Source: an uncultured virus (IMG/VR IMGVR_UViG_3300024351_000022) (lineage: Duplodnaviria > Heunggongvirae > Uroviricota > Caudoviricetes). From it: DNA of 64,000 nucleotides. Made by a program: the position numbers and the translations under genes. The stretch lies in IMG/VR virus record IMGVR_UViG_3300024351_000022. One strand, 5' to 3'. Position 1 is the stretch's first letter, and every line of letters begins with the position of its first letter. The notes under the pieces are model-generated. The model did not search any database. It was given only the letters and a program-made list of their open reading frames with translations, and was not told the origin of the DNA. Of the stretch, positions 9,905 through 18,807 are shown one piece after another.

Positions 9905-11461
9905 ATGAGTAAGTCAAAGTTCGGGCCGCCGGTGGAGGATCTTGATGCTTGGTTGCAGGCATTGGAAAACTGCGGGTGTTGTCCGCCGCCGCGTTGCTGT
10001 CCTCCCCGTTTGGAGTGCCGGGGGGTCACGGCATCGGCCGTCGTTGGGGCATGGCATCCGATGGATTGGGAGCCGCCATCGGATTCGGGTGAGATGCCGG
10101 AGTTTCCTGTTCTCTATCTCAGCAGGAAAAAAAGGACCAGGTCGAAGGTGGAGGGGAATTCCACGACGACATACAATTACAAGGTCAGGAACAAGGGGAC
10201 CGGAATGATTGTTCGTGAGACGGAGAGGTCCACGACCATCACGGTGAGCAGGGAGATCGGGGTCTTCGATGAAGTGGATGCCAATGTCTCGTCGGAGAAC
10301 TTCATTCATTTGATCGAGCGGCGTAATGGTCCGTGGGACTGCTGGGAGGAAATTCCGGAATGCACGGTGGAGGGAGTGGTGACTCATCGTTACGAGAGAG
10401 ACGAAATTTTCTCGGAGTCGGAGGAAACATCCGGGGAGATTGATTCGGATACTGACGTGGAAGAAACGGAGAAGCGTTGGTCGCGCACGGTCAGTCATGT
10501 GGAAGGAGTGAATAGCGAAGACTCGGACGGGTGCCTGGAGATCGATACAAGAAACACGGTTCCGGAGAATCTTTCGTGGTTGGAGAGCGTGGCGGTGTTG
10601 TGCCTCGGGGATTCGGATGACTACTCGGAGGAGGAAACCGTGACGGCGACCTACAAGCTGTTTCGCTCAACCCTTATCGAGACGGGTTCTGCTACGGAAG
10701 ACACGGGTTGGATTGATCGGCCCGCTGGCGGTGAGCAACGCACGGTGGATACATGCAGTGGCTATCGATCCAGTATCTTTGAGAACGAGACATTCCTCTC
10801 TGACCCGGTGACAAAGGTTGAGGCGGCCACTGCCGCGAGGGAGAAGCTGGTGGATTGGATGCAGCGGATCGAGCAGCTTTGTGGCAGTGATTCCTTTTCC
10901 GATGTGGAGGAGGAATGCTCCGCGTTGTTGCCTGTTTGCAGTGCGGAATGCGTGGCCAAGATGATGTTGGATTGGCCGACCGAGGGGGATACCACGGGTG
11001 CGGCGGTGTACACGGCGGACATCGCGGCGTTTCAATACAGGTGGAAGCTGGATCAGTGCTGCCGGAATCAGAAGATCCGCATGGAGTGGGATGAGGTCTT
11101 CTATCCCAGGGAGTTCTTGGAGTGGCTGGAGGTTGCCCGCATGGAATCTGAGCCGTCTGATCCTCCGGTGCTGCCCACCATCACCAAGAAGGCGTGGGTA
11201 TGGGAAGGGGAGCCGCCGGGCTGTGATGAATTTGCGAGCGGATTCGATGATGAGGAAAGGTATGCGAATGAGACCATGTGGTCGCCGTGGGGTCTGCCGG
11301 TGCTGGTGCCGCCGGGGCAGCAAGGCATCGTGGCATTGAGGAACCTGCTTGTGGACTGCAATCCGGATAGCCCGTGGGGGTCGAAGCCGGAACTCATGAT
11401 TGGGGTGTTGCCGAGGTATGATGAATCGGATCTTGATGAGAACGAAGACACGGAGATATGA
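9905..11461 (+). CDS. Acidic, Cys-rich hypothetical (virion-associated?) protein
   Basis: 518-aa ORF, CGCCPPPRCCPPRLEC N-terminus, follows the tail gene. Confidence 0.6.
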   Translation: MSKSKFGPPVEDLDAWLQALENCGCCPPPRCCPPRLECRGVTASAVVGAWHPMDWEPPSDSGEMPEFPVLYLSRKKRTRSKVEGNSTTTYNYKVRNKGTGMIVRETERSTTITVSREIGVFDEVDANVSSENFIHLIERRNGPWDCWEEIPECTVEGVVTHRYERDEIFSESEETSGEIDSDTDVEETEKRWSRTVSHVEGVNSEDSDGCLEIDTRNTVPENLSWLESVAVLCLGDSDDYSEEETVTATYKLFRSTLIETGSATEDTGWIDRPAGGEQRTVDTCSGYRSSIFENETFLSDPVTKVEAATAAREKLVDWMQRIEQLCGSDSFSDVEEECSALLPVCSAECVAKMMLDWPTEGDTTGAAVYTADIAAFQYRWKLDQCCRNQKIRMEWDEVFYPREFLEWLEVARMESEPSDPPVLPTITKKAWVWEGEPPGCDEFASGFDDEERYANETMWSPWGLPVLVPPGQQGIVALRNLLVDCNPDSPWGSKPELMIGVLPRYDESDLDENEDTEI

Positions 11462-13074
11462 ATGACCCGTTTGACGTTGAACGATGGGGTGGAGCGAAGT
11501 TTGCCAGGCCGGAGACGATCTGGACGGAGGGTTTTGGATCGCTTTCACTGGAGATGCCTGCGGTGTCCATGTCGATCTCCGCGAGGTTGCTGCCTGCGGA
11601 TAGGGCGGTCGATTATTACATGGGGGTGGAGGTGCCATCGCGTGGATGTGTGGCCTGCGGGTGGGGGGATAGGAAAGTGGGATCGTCGCGCATCCCGGTG
11701 GGTCCATTCATGGCGCAGCAGGCGGTGGGGCCTGTGATCCGGCCCGTGGTCTTCACTATGCGGTGGGGCAGTGAATGGTGGCTGGATGAATGTGCTCCGA
11801 CGCTGGATGCGTGGTGTGAGCGGCACTCATTGGATCTCAGGGTGGTCGGGGAGTGGGATGCGGCGTATCCTTCGCCCAAGTTTGCCTTTGTGGACATGCT
11901 GCGCGAGTTTATCGCCAGCGGGGAAGAGTGGATGATGTATGTGGATGCTGATGTGGTGGTGCATCCGCTGGCTCCATTGCCTCCGGATCTGGGGGTGGGC
12001 TTGCACGCATGCACGGATAAGCTCCAAAGGCGCAAGGGGCGTGGGCTTTGGGCGGAGTGGTGCCAGGAAAGGTTTGGGGAAGCGCCGGGGGATGAATACT
12101 CATACAGAAATGCCGGGATCTGGCTATGTCATCGCGATGCGGCCGCCGCCTTCCTCGGCATCATTCGCGAGCCCTATCACGAGGGCATCATGGAACAGCA
12201 CCATTGGAACTGGTGGCTCAGCCAGGCGCAAGCTGGTGGTGTCTTCCATGTGGGCGAGATGCCGGTGGAGTGGAATCGTGTGCCGGACGCCGTGGGGCCG
12301 GGATGGATGGTGCATATCTACGGCAAGAACAAGGAGCGTGCCATCACCCGGTTCCGTGAGCGGGGATACATCCCGGATGCGGTGAAGAAAGTAGGGAAGA
12401 TGCCAGCGGTCCCGGACTTCGGGGAAAAGGCCATCGTGTGGCCGTGGATTTCCACCAAGGCGGATTGGGATGAGCTATGGTTTTCCCTGCGCTCGGTGCA
12501 GAAGCATTGGCGGGAAGAAGGCTGGAAGCTGGTGCTCTTGGGAGATAGGCGGCCATCGTGGTGGCCGGGCGAGTTTGTAAAATGTGGCGAGTATGAGCAT
12601 GCGCTTTGGGTTGGCTTGCACTGCGCCAGCCGGGTGCTGTGGATGAATGATGACATCTTCATGTTGGCGGATCAGGGGCCGGATGACTTTTCCGTGGTGC
12701 CTGCGGTATCGAGGATGGAGAGCAAGCTCGGCAGGACTCTCGTGGCGGGGAATGTCTGGCGGCGTGGCCTGGGGCAGGTGCTGATGAGGCTGCATCACCA
12801 TGGGCGGCCGGCGGTGAACTATTCCACCCACACCCCCTACCTCTATGAGAGGGAGCGGGTGGATGAGATTTTCCGGCGCTTTGGGATCTTCTGGAAGATT
12901 CCCTTCGAGACGGCCTATCACGGGTGGTATCAGACCCCATGGGAGGAAATGCACAAGCGCAAGGCGAAGTCTCCGCATGACATGGGCCGGAAGCTGTGGA
13001 TCAACCCGGCATTCGCCCAGGTCACGCAGGCGTTTCGGGATGAGATGGCGTCCCGCTTCGGTCAGCCCTTGTAG
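11458..13074 (+). CDS. Glycosyltransferase (GT-A, DxD) fused to a Stealth-like domain
   Basis: YVDADVVV, YRNAGIWL, EQHHWN; then ELWFSLRSVQKH, WMNDDIF, STHTPY. Confidence 0.7.
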   Translation: MNDPFDVERWGGAKFARPETIWTEGFGSLSLEMPAVSMSISARLLPADRAVDYYMGVEVPSRGCVACGWGDRKVGSSRIPVGPFMAQQAVGPVIRPVVFTMRWGSEWWLDECAPTLDAWCERHSLDLRVVGEWDAAYPSPKFAFVDMLREFIASGEEWMMYVDADVVVHPLAPLPPDLGVGLHACTDKLQRRKGRGLWAEWCQERFGEAPGDEYSYRNAGIWLCHRDAAAAFLGIIREPYHEGIMEQHHWNWWLSQAQAGGVFHVGEMPVEWNRVPDAVGPGWMVHIYGKNKERAITRFRERGYIPDAVKKVGKMPAVPDFGEKAIVWPWISTKADWDELWFSLRSVQKHWREEGWKLVLLGDRRPSWWPGEFVKCGEYEHALWVGLHCASRVLWMNDDIFMLADQGPDDFSVVPAVSRMESKLGRTLVAGNVWRRGLGQVLMRLHHHGRPAVNYSTHTPYLYERERVDEIFRRFGIFWKIPFETAYHGWYQTPWEEMHKRKAKSPHDMGRKLWINPAFAQVTQAFRDEMASRFGQPL

Positions 13075-13550
13075 AGCGGTTTCTTGGGGTGCTCTTGCTC
13101 GGAGGGTTTCAGTGCTTCGACCCACGCTTTGGCCATCGTCCGGGCGTGGACGCTGCTCGCGAAGAGCCGGGCAAAGCTGATGAACAGGTCGCGGTCGGGC
13201 GGGCTTAGAGCCTCCATGGACTCAAGCACGGCCGGGAGTGCTGGATTGCCTGCCATGTAGCGGAATTCATCGTCGCGGATCTTGGCGATGTCCTTCGAGA
13301 GTTCCGTCGGTGTTGTCTCCCATGTCACATGGCAGAGCGCCCATAGGGCCAATAGGTGGGCGAGTTCCTTCTCGTCGCGGCAAAGCGGGCCGTAAGATTT
13401 TTCAATCGTTGGCCACTCCACCAGGGACTTGCTCTCCGCTTTGTAGATGGTGCTGCGGGAGACGCCTCTCTCCTCGGCCAGGGCGGAGATGCCGATGTTG
13501 TGCCTTTTTCGGAGCTTGCGGAGGTAGTCGGTGAGTGGGTGGTTCGTCAT
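13062..13550 (-). CDS. XRE-family repressor (CI-like)
   Basis: LRKLRKRHNIGISALAEERGVSRSTIYKAE; divergent from the early operon. Confidence 0.8.
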   Translation of the reverse strand: MTNHPLTDYLRKLRKRHNIGISALAEERGVSRSTIYKAESKSLVEWPTIEKSYGPLCRDEKELAHLLALWALCHVTWETTPTELSKDIAKIRDDEFRYMAGNPALPAVLESMEALSPPDRDLFISFARLFASSVHARTMAKAWVEALKPSEQEHPKKPLYKG

Positions 13551-13689
13551 CGTGAGTCTCTGCTTCCCTGACGGATCGCTGGGCGGAATTATTCACGGAT
13601 CGTGGAAAAAACGCAACGGCTTTCCCTGTATTACACGATACGCGGAAATCCGATGTTGACGATTCGCGGATTCCGCGCAACATGGACGC
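13551..13689. promoter_or_regulatory. Divergent immunity/control region
   Basis: TTGACG at 13656; related palindromes CGCGGAAATCCG (13641-13652) and CGCGGATTCCGCG (13665-13677). Confidence 0.6.
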
Positions 13690-13923
13690 ATGGCAAGCGA
13701 AACGCGCACGAGCCTTTACAGGCTACTGAGGGAAACGGCCCGCGCCTACCTCGACGCAAGGGAGGGAGAGGACAGCAGGGAAGAAACGGTGAAGATTCGT
13801 CATGAGGTGGATTGTCTGCTTGCTCTTGGGCAGGCGGATGAGTTCTGCCCGGTGACGGCGTTCAATGAACATTCTGCCAAGACCAGCAAGTCTGGGCGGA
13901 TCATGGTGGGAGGTGGAGCATGA
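13690..13923 (+). CDS. Small early hypothetical protein
   Basis: First gene of the rightward operon, ATGA-coupled. Confidence 0.6.
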   Translation: MASETRTSLYRLLRETARAYLDAREGEDSREETVKIRHEVDCLLALGQADEFCPVTAFNEHSAKTSKSGRIMVGGGA

Positions 13924-14186
13924 TCCGGGTCTCGAAAAACGTGGCCAAGGACGCGGCAGGCAAAGCAAGAAAGAGGGTGGCAGGGAAGAAGGCCAAGCCT
14001 GCCCCTGCCGATCCGCTTGCCGGGCGGGAGGTGCTCGTGCCTGTGATGGTGCGCGTGCTGGTCCCGGCGGAGATTGTCGATGACATCGATGCCGCCCAGG
14101 CGGCCGTGGAGTGGCTCATGGAATCCGGGATCAAGGTGGATGGTGCGCCCGTCGCGTTTGATCTCATTACCCCCCAGGTGCGATGA
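13920..14186 (+). CDS. Hypothetical protein
   Basis: ATGA overlaps on both sides. Confidence 0.6.
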   Translation: MIRVSKNVAKDAAGKARKRVAGKKAKPAPADPLAGREVLVPVMVRVLVPAEIVDDIDAAQAAVEWLMESGIKVDGAPVAFDLITPQVR

Positions 14187-14956
14187 ATGAGGTATCCTGC
14201 TACGCGGTGCCGCTTACCCTCGGCCATAGGGCGTGCGATATGGTCATGGTCTCCATGGCGGCGACCTTGGGAATCCCTGCCGCATCGGCCATGGGTTTCC
14301 TCCATCGTCTCTGGCATGCTGTCGCCATGGACCCGCAAGGGCATCGGGCGGTCCCTGCCGAACGTTCGGCTTGGCCATCGTCTCGCGATGCGTGGGTGCT
14401 TGAGGCCGGTGCTGGTTGGCTGGGGGATCGCGGGGAGCTATTCACCCTCTGGGTGGACTCCGGGGTTATTGAGCTGCATCCCGATGCTGGGGAGGATGCG
14501 CAAATGCGGGTGGTGTTGGTCGGCTGGGCGGATGCCAACCGTCAAGGGCCGGGTGCCAAGAAGCTCGCTGCGCTTGGGGGTATCGCCAAGGCGCGCAACA
14601 GCGCGAGGAAAGTGGCCGAGGGCGATGCGGCGGAGCTGCTGGAGTGGTATCGCCGGAACCGTGTGGGGCTGCACGCGGAAGCGGGTATCGAGAGAGTCAA
14701 GGAGGCGGTGATCTTCGTGCGTCAGATTGAGCGGCTCATGCGGTGGGTGCCAGCCACCGAGAGGGCGTTCATGGAGGGGGCTGTGGAGAAATCCCTCAAG
14801 GCGTTGGACGCTCTTGGGCAAGACAAGGATATGTTCCTGAGCTGGCTGGTGGCAAATCGGGGCCGGGATATCATCCCTGGCCGCGTGGATCTCCTGCTCG
14901 GCGAGGTAGGGAAACTCCACGCTCACGCAAAATCTTGGATGGAGGCCATGCAATGA
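14183..14956 (+). CDS. Hypothetical protein resembling phage replication-initiator N-termini
   Basis: MGFLHRLWH...AGWLGDRGELFTLWVDSG...VGWADAN pattern; coupled. Confidence 0.55.
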   Translation: MNEVSCYAVPLTLGHRACDMVMVSMAATLGIPAASAMGFLHRLWHAVAMDPQGHRAVPAERSAWPSSRDAWVLEAGAGWLGDRGELFTLWVDSGVIELHPDAGEDAQMRVVLVGWADANRQGPGAKKLAALGGIAKARNSARKVAEGDAAELLEWYRRNRVGLHAEAGIERVKEAVIFVRQIERLMRWVPATERAFMEGAVEKSLKALDALGQDKDMFLSWLVANRGRDIIPGRVDLLLGEVGKLHAHAKSWMEAMQ

Positions 14957-16026
14957 TGAAGGCTCTAACGGTAAAACAGCCATGGGCTTCCCTTATTATC
15001 TATGGGGGGAAGGATATCGAGAATCGGTCATGGGCTACGGAATATCGTGGCCGGGTTTTCATTACGGCCAGCAAGGGGTGGAACAGCGGTGAGCAAGAGG
15101 CGGCCAAGGGGTTGATTGAGGACAGGAAAATTCCTCAGAAACTTTCGGAAACCTACACAAGGATTAACTGCGGCGGGGTGATTGGAACCGTGGAGATCGT
15201 GGATTGTGTCAAGCAGAGTGACAGTCCGTGGTTTGTGGGTCCTTTCGGTTGGGTGCTGAGGAATCCGCGCCCGCTGGTTTTCAGGCCGATGAGTGGTGCC
15301 TTGGGGTTATGGGATATGGAATACCCGGAGTCTGCGGTGGGAACCTCCCGGGTGCTGTTCCTGGACGTGGACGGCGTTTTGAATGGTGGCGTCGGCCGTG
15401 GGTTGGATGAGGTCATGCTTGCTCGACTGGGTTCGATCATCCGTCATGCGGATCCGGCCGTGGTCATCTCCTCCTCGTGGAGGATTGAGGCGGAGCTGCT
15501 GCGGCGGATCACTCTTGCGGTGGAGAGGCTTGGCGGGCGCGTCGTCGGTCATACCCCGTTGCCGGAGGAGGTGGGGCAGGGGAGTTGCAGGATCATCGCT
15601 GGAAGGGAGCGCTGGGTGGAGATTCAGGATTGGCTGGATGCCCATCCTGTGGCGGATGGGGAAACTCGCAGGGTGGTGATATTGGATGACGAGGCCGAGA
15701 TGGGTCCCTTGGGTGAATATCACGTGAGGACGGAATACGAAAGTGGCTTGCAGCGGCAGCATGTGGAGCGGGCTTTGCGCTTGCTGCTTGATCCGCCGAG
15801 GAAAACGGGTCCTACGGTATTGGAGTTGGGCAAGTGGTATGTCCTGCGCTCGGCCAGGGGGATCAGGTGGAAAGTCCGGCTGGTGACGATCAGCCCCTGC
15901 GGCAAATACTGTCGGGTGAGTTACTCTGGCAGCGCTGCGGGAGGTCGCCAATGTCTCGCGTCAGAGCTTGAGGACTGGGAGGAAAAGGCCGAGGCGGGCG
16001 GCCGTCTATGGAAGGAGGAGGCGTGA
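14953..16026 (+). CDS. ASCH domain fused to a Swiss-army-knife-type HAD phosphatase
   Basis: KALTVKQPWASLIIYGGKDIENRSW (ASCH); FLDVDGVLN, VVISSSWR, VILDDE (HAD). Confidence 0.82.
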   Translation: MMKALTVKQPWASLIIYGGKDIENRSWATEYRGRVFITASKGWNSGEQEAAKGLIEDRKIPQKLSETYTRINCGGVIGTVEIVDCVKQSDSPWFVGPFGWVLRNPRPLVFRPMSGALGLWDMEYPESAVGTSRVLFLDVDGVLNGGVGRGLDEVMLARLGSIIRHADPAVVISSSWRIEAELLRRITLAVERLGGRVVGHTPLPEEVGQGSCRIIAGRERWVEIQDWLDAHPVADGETRRVVILDDEAEMGPLGEYHVRTEYESGLQRQHVERALRLLLDPPRKTGPTVLELGKWYVLRSARGIRWKVRLVTISPCGKYCRVSYSGSAAGGRQCLASELEDWEEKAEAGGRLWKEEA

Positions 16027-16493
16027 GTAAGTCAAAGAGCGAAGAAGCCATGGCTAAGCGGGCATCTACCGTAAGGAATTGCGGTAATTGCAGATGGGCA
16101 AGTTGGGAGATGACAGAGAAGGGGAATCCTCGTAAGTCTATCGCGGGCAAATGCACGTATCCAATCCCTGACCTGCCGCCCATGCCATACGCTGTGATTG
16201 TCGAGACACCGCGAAAAAGGTTAGTGTGGGCAAACAAGGGAGCCGATTGTCCAACGTTCAGCGAAAAAGCCAAGTCAAGCCCATCGGATGAGATGGCATG
16301 TTCTGCGTCTTCTCTTTTGAGTGAAGCGAAGGAACGCCTATGCGACGCATCCGTCTGCAACCGAATGGGTAAGCCCGCACATTCCGCGGGATACGTGCGA
16401 TTGGCCATGGAGATACTGGCAAAAGCGGAAAAGTCGCTGCTGGGCCTTCCGGGGAACGCCAAAGCGCAGCCACCGACGAGAAAGGAAATCTAA
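16023..16493 (+). CDS. Hypothetical Cys-containing protein; its C-terminus runs into the first attC-like site
   Basis: GTGA-coupled start; CGNC motif; stop overlaps the Lar start (TAATG). Confidence 0.6.
   Translation: MSKSKSEEAMAKRASTVRNCGNCRWASWEMTEKGNPRKSIAGKCTYPIPDLPPMPYAVIVETPRKRLVWANKGADCPTFSEKAKSSPSDEMACSASSLLSEAKERLCDASVCNRMGKPAHSAGYVRLAMEILAKAEKSLLGLPGNAKAQPPTRKEI
16281..16306 (-). repeat. attC-like half-site remnant (R''-L'' arm only)
   Basis: CCATCGGATGAGAT-GGCAT-GTTCTGC resembles the right arms of the complete sites; partner arm not found. Confidence 0.4.
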
Positions 16494-16620
16494 TGGAACC
16501 CCCCTGCAAAACAGAAGACGACTGCCCCACGCCCACATGGTGCCGTGGTAAAGACCGCTGCCCCAAGCGGTATATCAAAGATAAAGCCAATGGGCGGTTG
16601 GCTGGCGCGGATTGTTCGCT
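16451..16620 (-). repeat. attC-like recombination site 1
   Basis: GGGGAAC-N6-GCGCAGCCACCG ... CGGT(T)GGCTG(G)CGC-N5-GTTCGCT; two unpaired bases. Confidence 0.8.
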
Positions 16621-16792
16621 CTTGCCGTGCCCGTTTTGTGGCTCTGAAGACGTGGGGTATTACGCCTATGCAAATGTCATCCGCTGTCATAACTGTGGGA
16701 CGGAAGGCCCGATTGACTCCGAACGCGATCAGGGCCGCGAGGTTGCCGCCGAAGTTTGGAATCGTAGAGCGAACGACCAAGGTATGCCATGA
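16493..16792 (+). CDS. Lar-family restriction alleviation protein
   Basis: LLPCPFCGS...VIRCHNCG...AAEVWNRRA. Confidence 0.8.
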   Translation: MEPPCKTEDDCPTPTWCRGKDRCPKRYIKDKANGRLAGADCSLLPCPFCGSEDVGYYAYANVIRCHNCGTEGPIDSERDQGREVAAEVWNRRANDQGMP

Positions 16793-16865
16793 ATGCCGCG
16801 CCCTCCAGCCCCGCCTCGCCAATGACTCCCACGCGGCAGTCATTGGCATCACCGCCTAGTTCGCC
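16768..16865 (-). repeat. attC-like recombination site 2
   Basis: AGCGAAC-N6-GGTATGCCATGA ... TCAT(T)GGCAT(C)ACC-N5-GTTCGCC. Confidence 0.85.
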
Positions 16866-17355
16866 CCGTTCGCTGAGTGGGCACCAGTCGGCCTGCATGA
16901 AGTCGGAAGTGTGGCTCACGCCACCGGAGATCCTGCAAGCACTCGGCACGTTCGATCTCGACCCATGCGCCCCCGCCGTGAGGCCGTGGGAGATGGCCCG
17001 TGACCATATCAGCTTACCCACCGATGGACTGGCAGCGGAGTGGCGGGGCCGCGTGTGGCTCAATCCGCCATTCGGCACCAAAGCAGCGGCATGGCTCCGC
17101 AAGATGAAGGCGCACGGGAACGGCATCGCGCTAATCCCGGCACGAACTGAAACAGCGATGTTCTATGAAAGCGTGTGGGGCGGTAGCGATGCTGTGTGCT
17201 TCCTCAAAGGCCGCCCTCATTTCCACCGCGTGGACGGCACGCGGGCACCATTCAACAGCGGGGCACCGATCTGCCTCGTAGCCTACGGACTCGACAACGT
17301 GGAGGCACTGGAACGCGCCTCGCTCGGAGTCGTGGTGCGTTGGGCGAACGCATAA
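16789..17355 (+). CDS. Phage Dam-type DNA N6-adenine methyltransferase
   Basis: WLTPPEIL, FDLDPCA, VWLNPPF, LIPARTET, FLKGR; alternative start at 16897. Confidence 0.85.
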   Translation: MNAAPSSPASPMTPTRQSLASPPSSPRSLSGHQSACMKSEVWLTPPEILQALGTFDLDPCAPAVRPWEMARDHISLPTDGLAAEWRGRVWLNPPFGTKAAAWLRKMKAHGNGIALIPARTETAMFYESVWGGSDAVCFLKGRPHFHRVDGTRAPFNSGAPICLVAYGLDNVEALERASLGVVVRWANA

Positions 17356-17430
17356 GCTGATGGACGCCGCCCTCACAGCCCGAATCCAAGATGGAACGTC
17401 CCCGGCGTTCCATCCAGCGCCTTGTTCGCC
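17343..17430 (-). repeat. attC-like recombination site 3
   Basis: GGCGAAC-N6-GCTGATGGACGCCG ... CGGCGT(T)CCATC(C)AGC-N5-GTTCGCC. Confidence 0.85.
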
Positions 17431-18001
17431 TGCGTTGTTGGACGTGTTTTGCGGCGTCGGAGGATGGACGAAAACGTTCATGGCTCGCGGCTGGAACTGT
17501 GTCGGCGTGGACCTCGCGGACTTCTCCGCCAGCTATCCCGGCCAGTTCGTGCAAGCGGATGCGCTGTCCCTGGATCACCAATGGATCAACCAGTTCGACG
17601 CCGTGCTGATGTCCCCGCCGTGCGAGGAATACGCCCGCGCCTGGCTGCCGTGGCTGCGTGGCGACAAGACCCCGGCCAAGTGGGCAATCGATCTGCTGGA
17701 ATGGTCCGTGGCACTCTGCGACCGACCGGGCCGCATGGTGGAATGCTCGAACTTCTCCGCCCGCCACGTCAAGGGCGCGGCCCGCGTGGGAAGCTACTCT
17801 CTCTGGGGTGACGTGCCCCTGCTCATGCGGCAAGTGCCGCGTGGGAAAATGGCGAAGTCCGGAATGCGCCCCGAACTACGCGCCGAGATCCCTGACGAAC
17901 TGGCCCGCAGCGTGGCGGAGTGGTTCGAGGCCGGTCTCGGATTCCGTCTGGCGAACGCAAACAGTGCTGCCACCGGCAGCGAAAGGAACGATCATGAGTG
18001 A
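17360..18001 (+). CDS. Short DNA cytosine-C5 methyltransferase-like protein
   Basis: LDVFCGVGGW (motif I), MSPPCEEY (motif IV); ATG lies inside the attC arm. Confidence 0.75.
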   Translation: MDAALTARIQDGTSPAFHPAPCSPALLDVFCGVGGWTKTFMARGWNCVGVDLADFSASYPGQFVQADALSLDHQWINQFDAVLMSPPCEEYARAWLPWLRGDKTPAKWAIDLLEWSVALCDRPGRMVECSNFSARHVKGAARVGSYSLWGDVPLLMRQVPRGKMAKSGMRPELRAEIPDELARSVAEWFEAGLGFRLANANSAATGSERNDHE

Positions 18002-18049
18002 GAAACTGGAAATCGAAACGCCGGTTGCCGCAGCCACGCCTTGTTCGGC
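17950..18049 (-). repeat. attC-like recombination site 4 (slightly degenerate)
   Basis: GGCGAAC-N7-GTGCTGCCACCGGC ... GCCGGTTGCCGCAGCCAC-N5-GTTCGGC. Confidence 0.75.
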
Positions 18050-18287
18050 TTGCTCGGGAATTCCAGTGAGCGGGACAACTGAAGCACAAGCCCGACAAAT
18101 CAAGGGCAACTCCTATCGCGTGTATCACGGTGGCGAGGGCAGCTCGTTCACAGATCACAACGATCTGGTGATGGCCCGTGCCTCTGCGTGTGGCCACCCG
18201 AATGCCGTCATCCACAACCTGCGTCCATTCAGTCAGCCGAACGCAATAGGTGAGGCACGGCGAGACAAGACGCCGCCTCAACAATAG
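17994..18287 (+). CDS. Small hypothetical cassette protein
   Basis: Start inside attC site 4 after GAAAGGA; stop inside site 5. Confidence 0.55.
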   Translation: MSEKLEIETPVAAATPCSACSGIPVSGTTEAQARQIKGNSYRVYHGGEGSSFTDHNDLVMARASACGHPNAVIHNLRPFSQPNAIGEARRDKTPPQQ

Positions 18288-18322
18288 ACTTTCCCGCCGT
18301 TGCCTCGACCGTCTTGTTAGCC
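18236..18322 (-). repeat. attC-like recombination site 5
   Basis: Minus strand reads GGCTAAC-AAGAC-GGTCGAGG...CCTCACC-TATTGC-GTTCGGC; textbook attC layout. Confidence 0.88.
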
Positions 18323-18353
18323 GTTCGGGGGACGCGGAAACCACAACAAACAT

Positions 18354-18671
18354 ATGGAAACCACAGAAGAAGCAGTAGGCAGAACCACGGAACTCCCGTT
18401 CGGCAATGCAATCGAAGCCCTCAAAGCAGGGCGCCGCGTGTCCCGCAAGGGATGGAATGGAAAAGGCATGTATCTCTGGCTGCTCCCCGCTGCCATGGTG
18501 AAAGCCGAATGGTGCCGCGAACCTCACTTGAAAGAGGTAGCGGAAGCCAATGGAGGTGAAATCGAAGCCCTTGGATCGATCCGCATGATGACCGCAGACA
18601 AGAAAGTCCTAACGGGCTGGCTCGCCTCGCAGACTGACATGCTGGCCGAAGACTGGGAAATCCTCGACTGA
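18354..18671 (+). CDS. DUF2829 / Thoeris anti-defence Tad2-like protein
   Basis: FGNAIEALKAGRRVSRKGWNGKGMYL...GWLASQTDMLAEDW. Confidence 0.88.
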   Translation: METTEEAVGRTTELPFGNAIEALKAGRRVSRKGWNGKGMYLWLLPAAMVKAEWCREPHLKEVAEANGGEIEALGSIRMMTADKKVLTGWLASQTDMLAEDWEILD

Positions 18672-18708
18672 CCAAACATGCCGGACATGGGGCGAGTGCT
18701 CTGTGTCC

Positions 18709-18807
18709 GGCGAACGCACAAGGTCTGCCATGAATGCCGCGCCCTCCAGCTCCGTCCTCGCCAATGACTCCCACGCGGCACTCATTGGCAGCACCGCCTT
18801 GTTCGGG
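18709..18807 (-). repeat. attC-like recombination site 6 (near copy of site 2)
   Basis: GGCGAAC-N6-GGTCTGCCATGA ... TCAT(T)GGCAG(C)ACC-N5-GTTCGGG. Confidence 0.85.
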
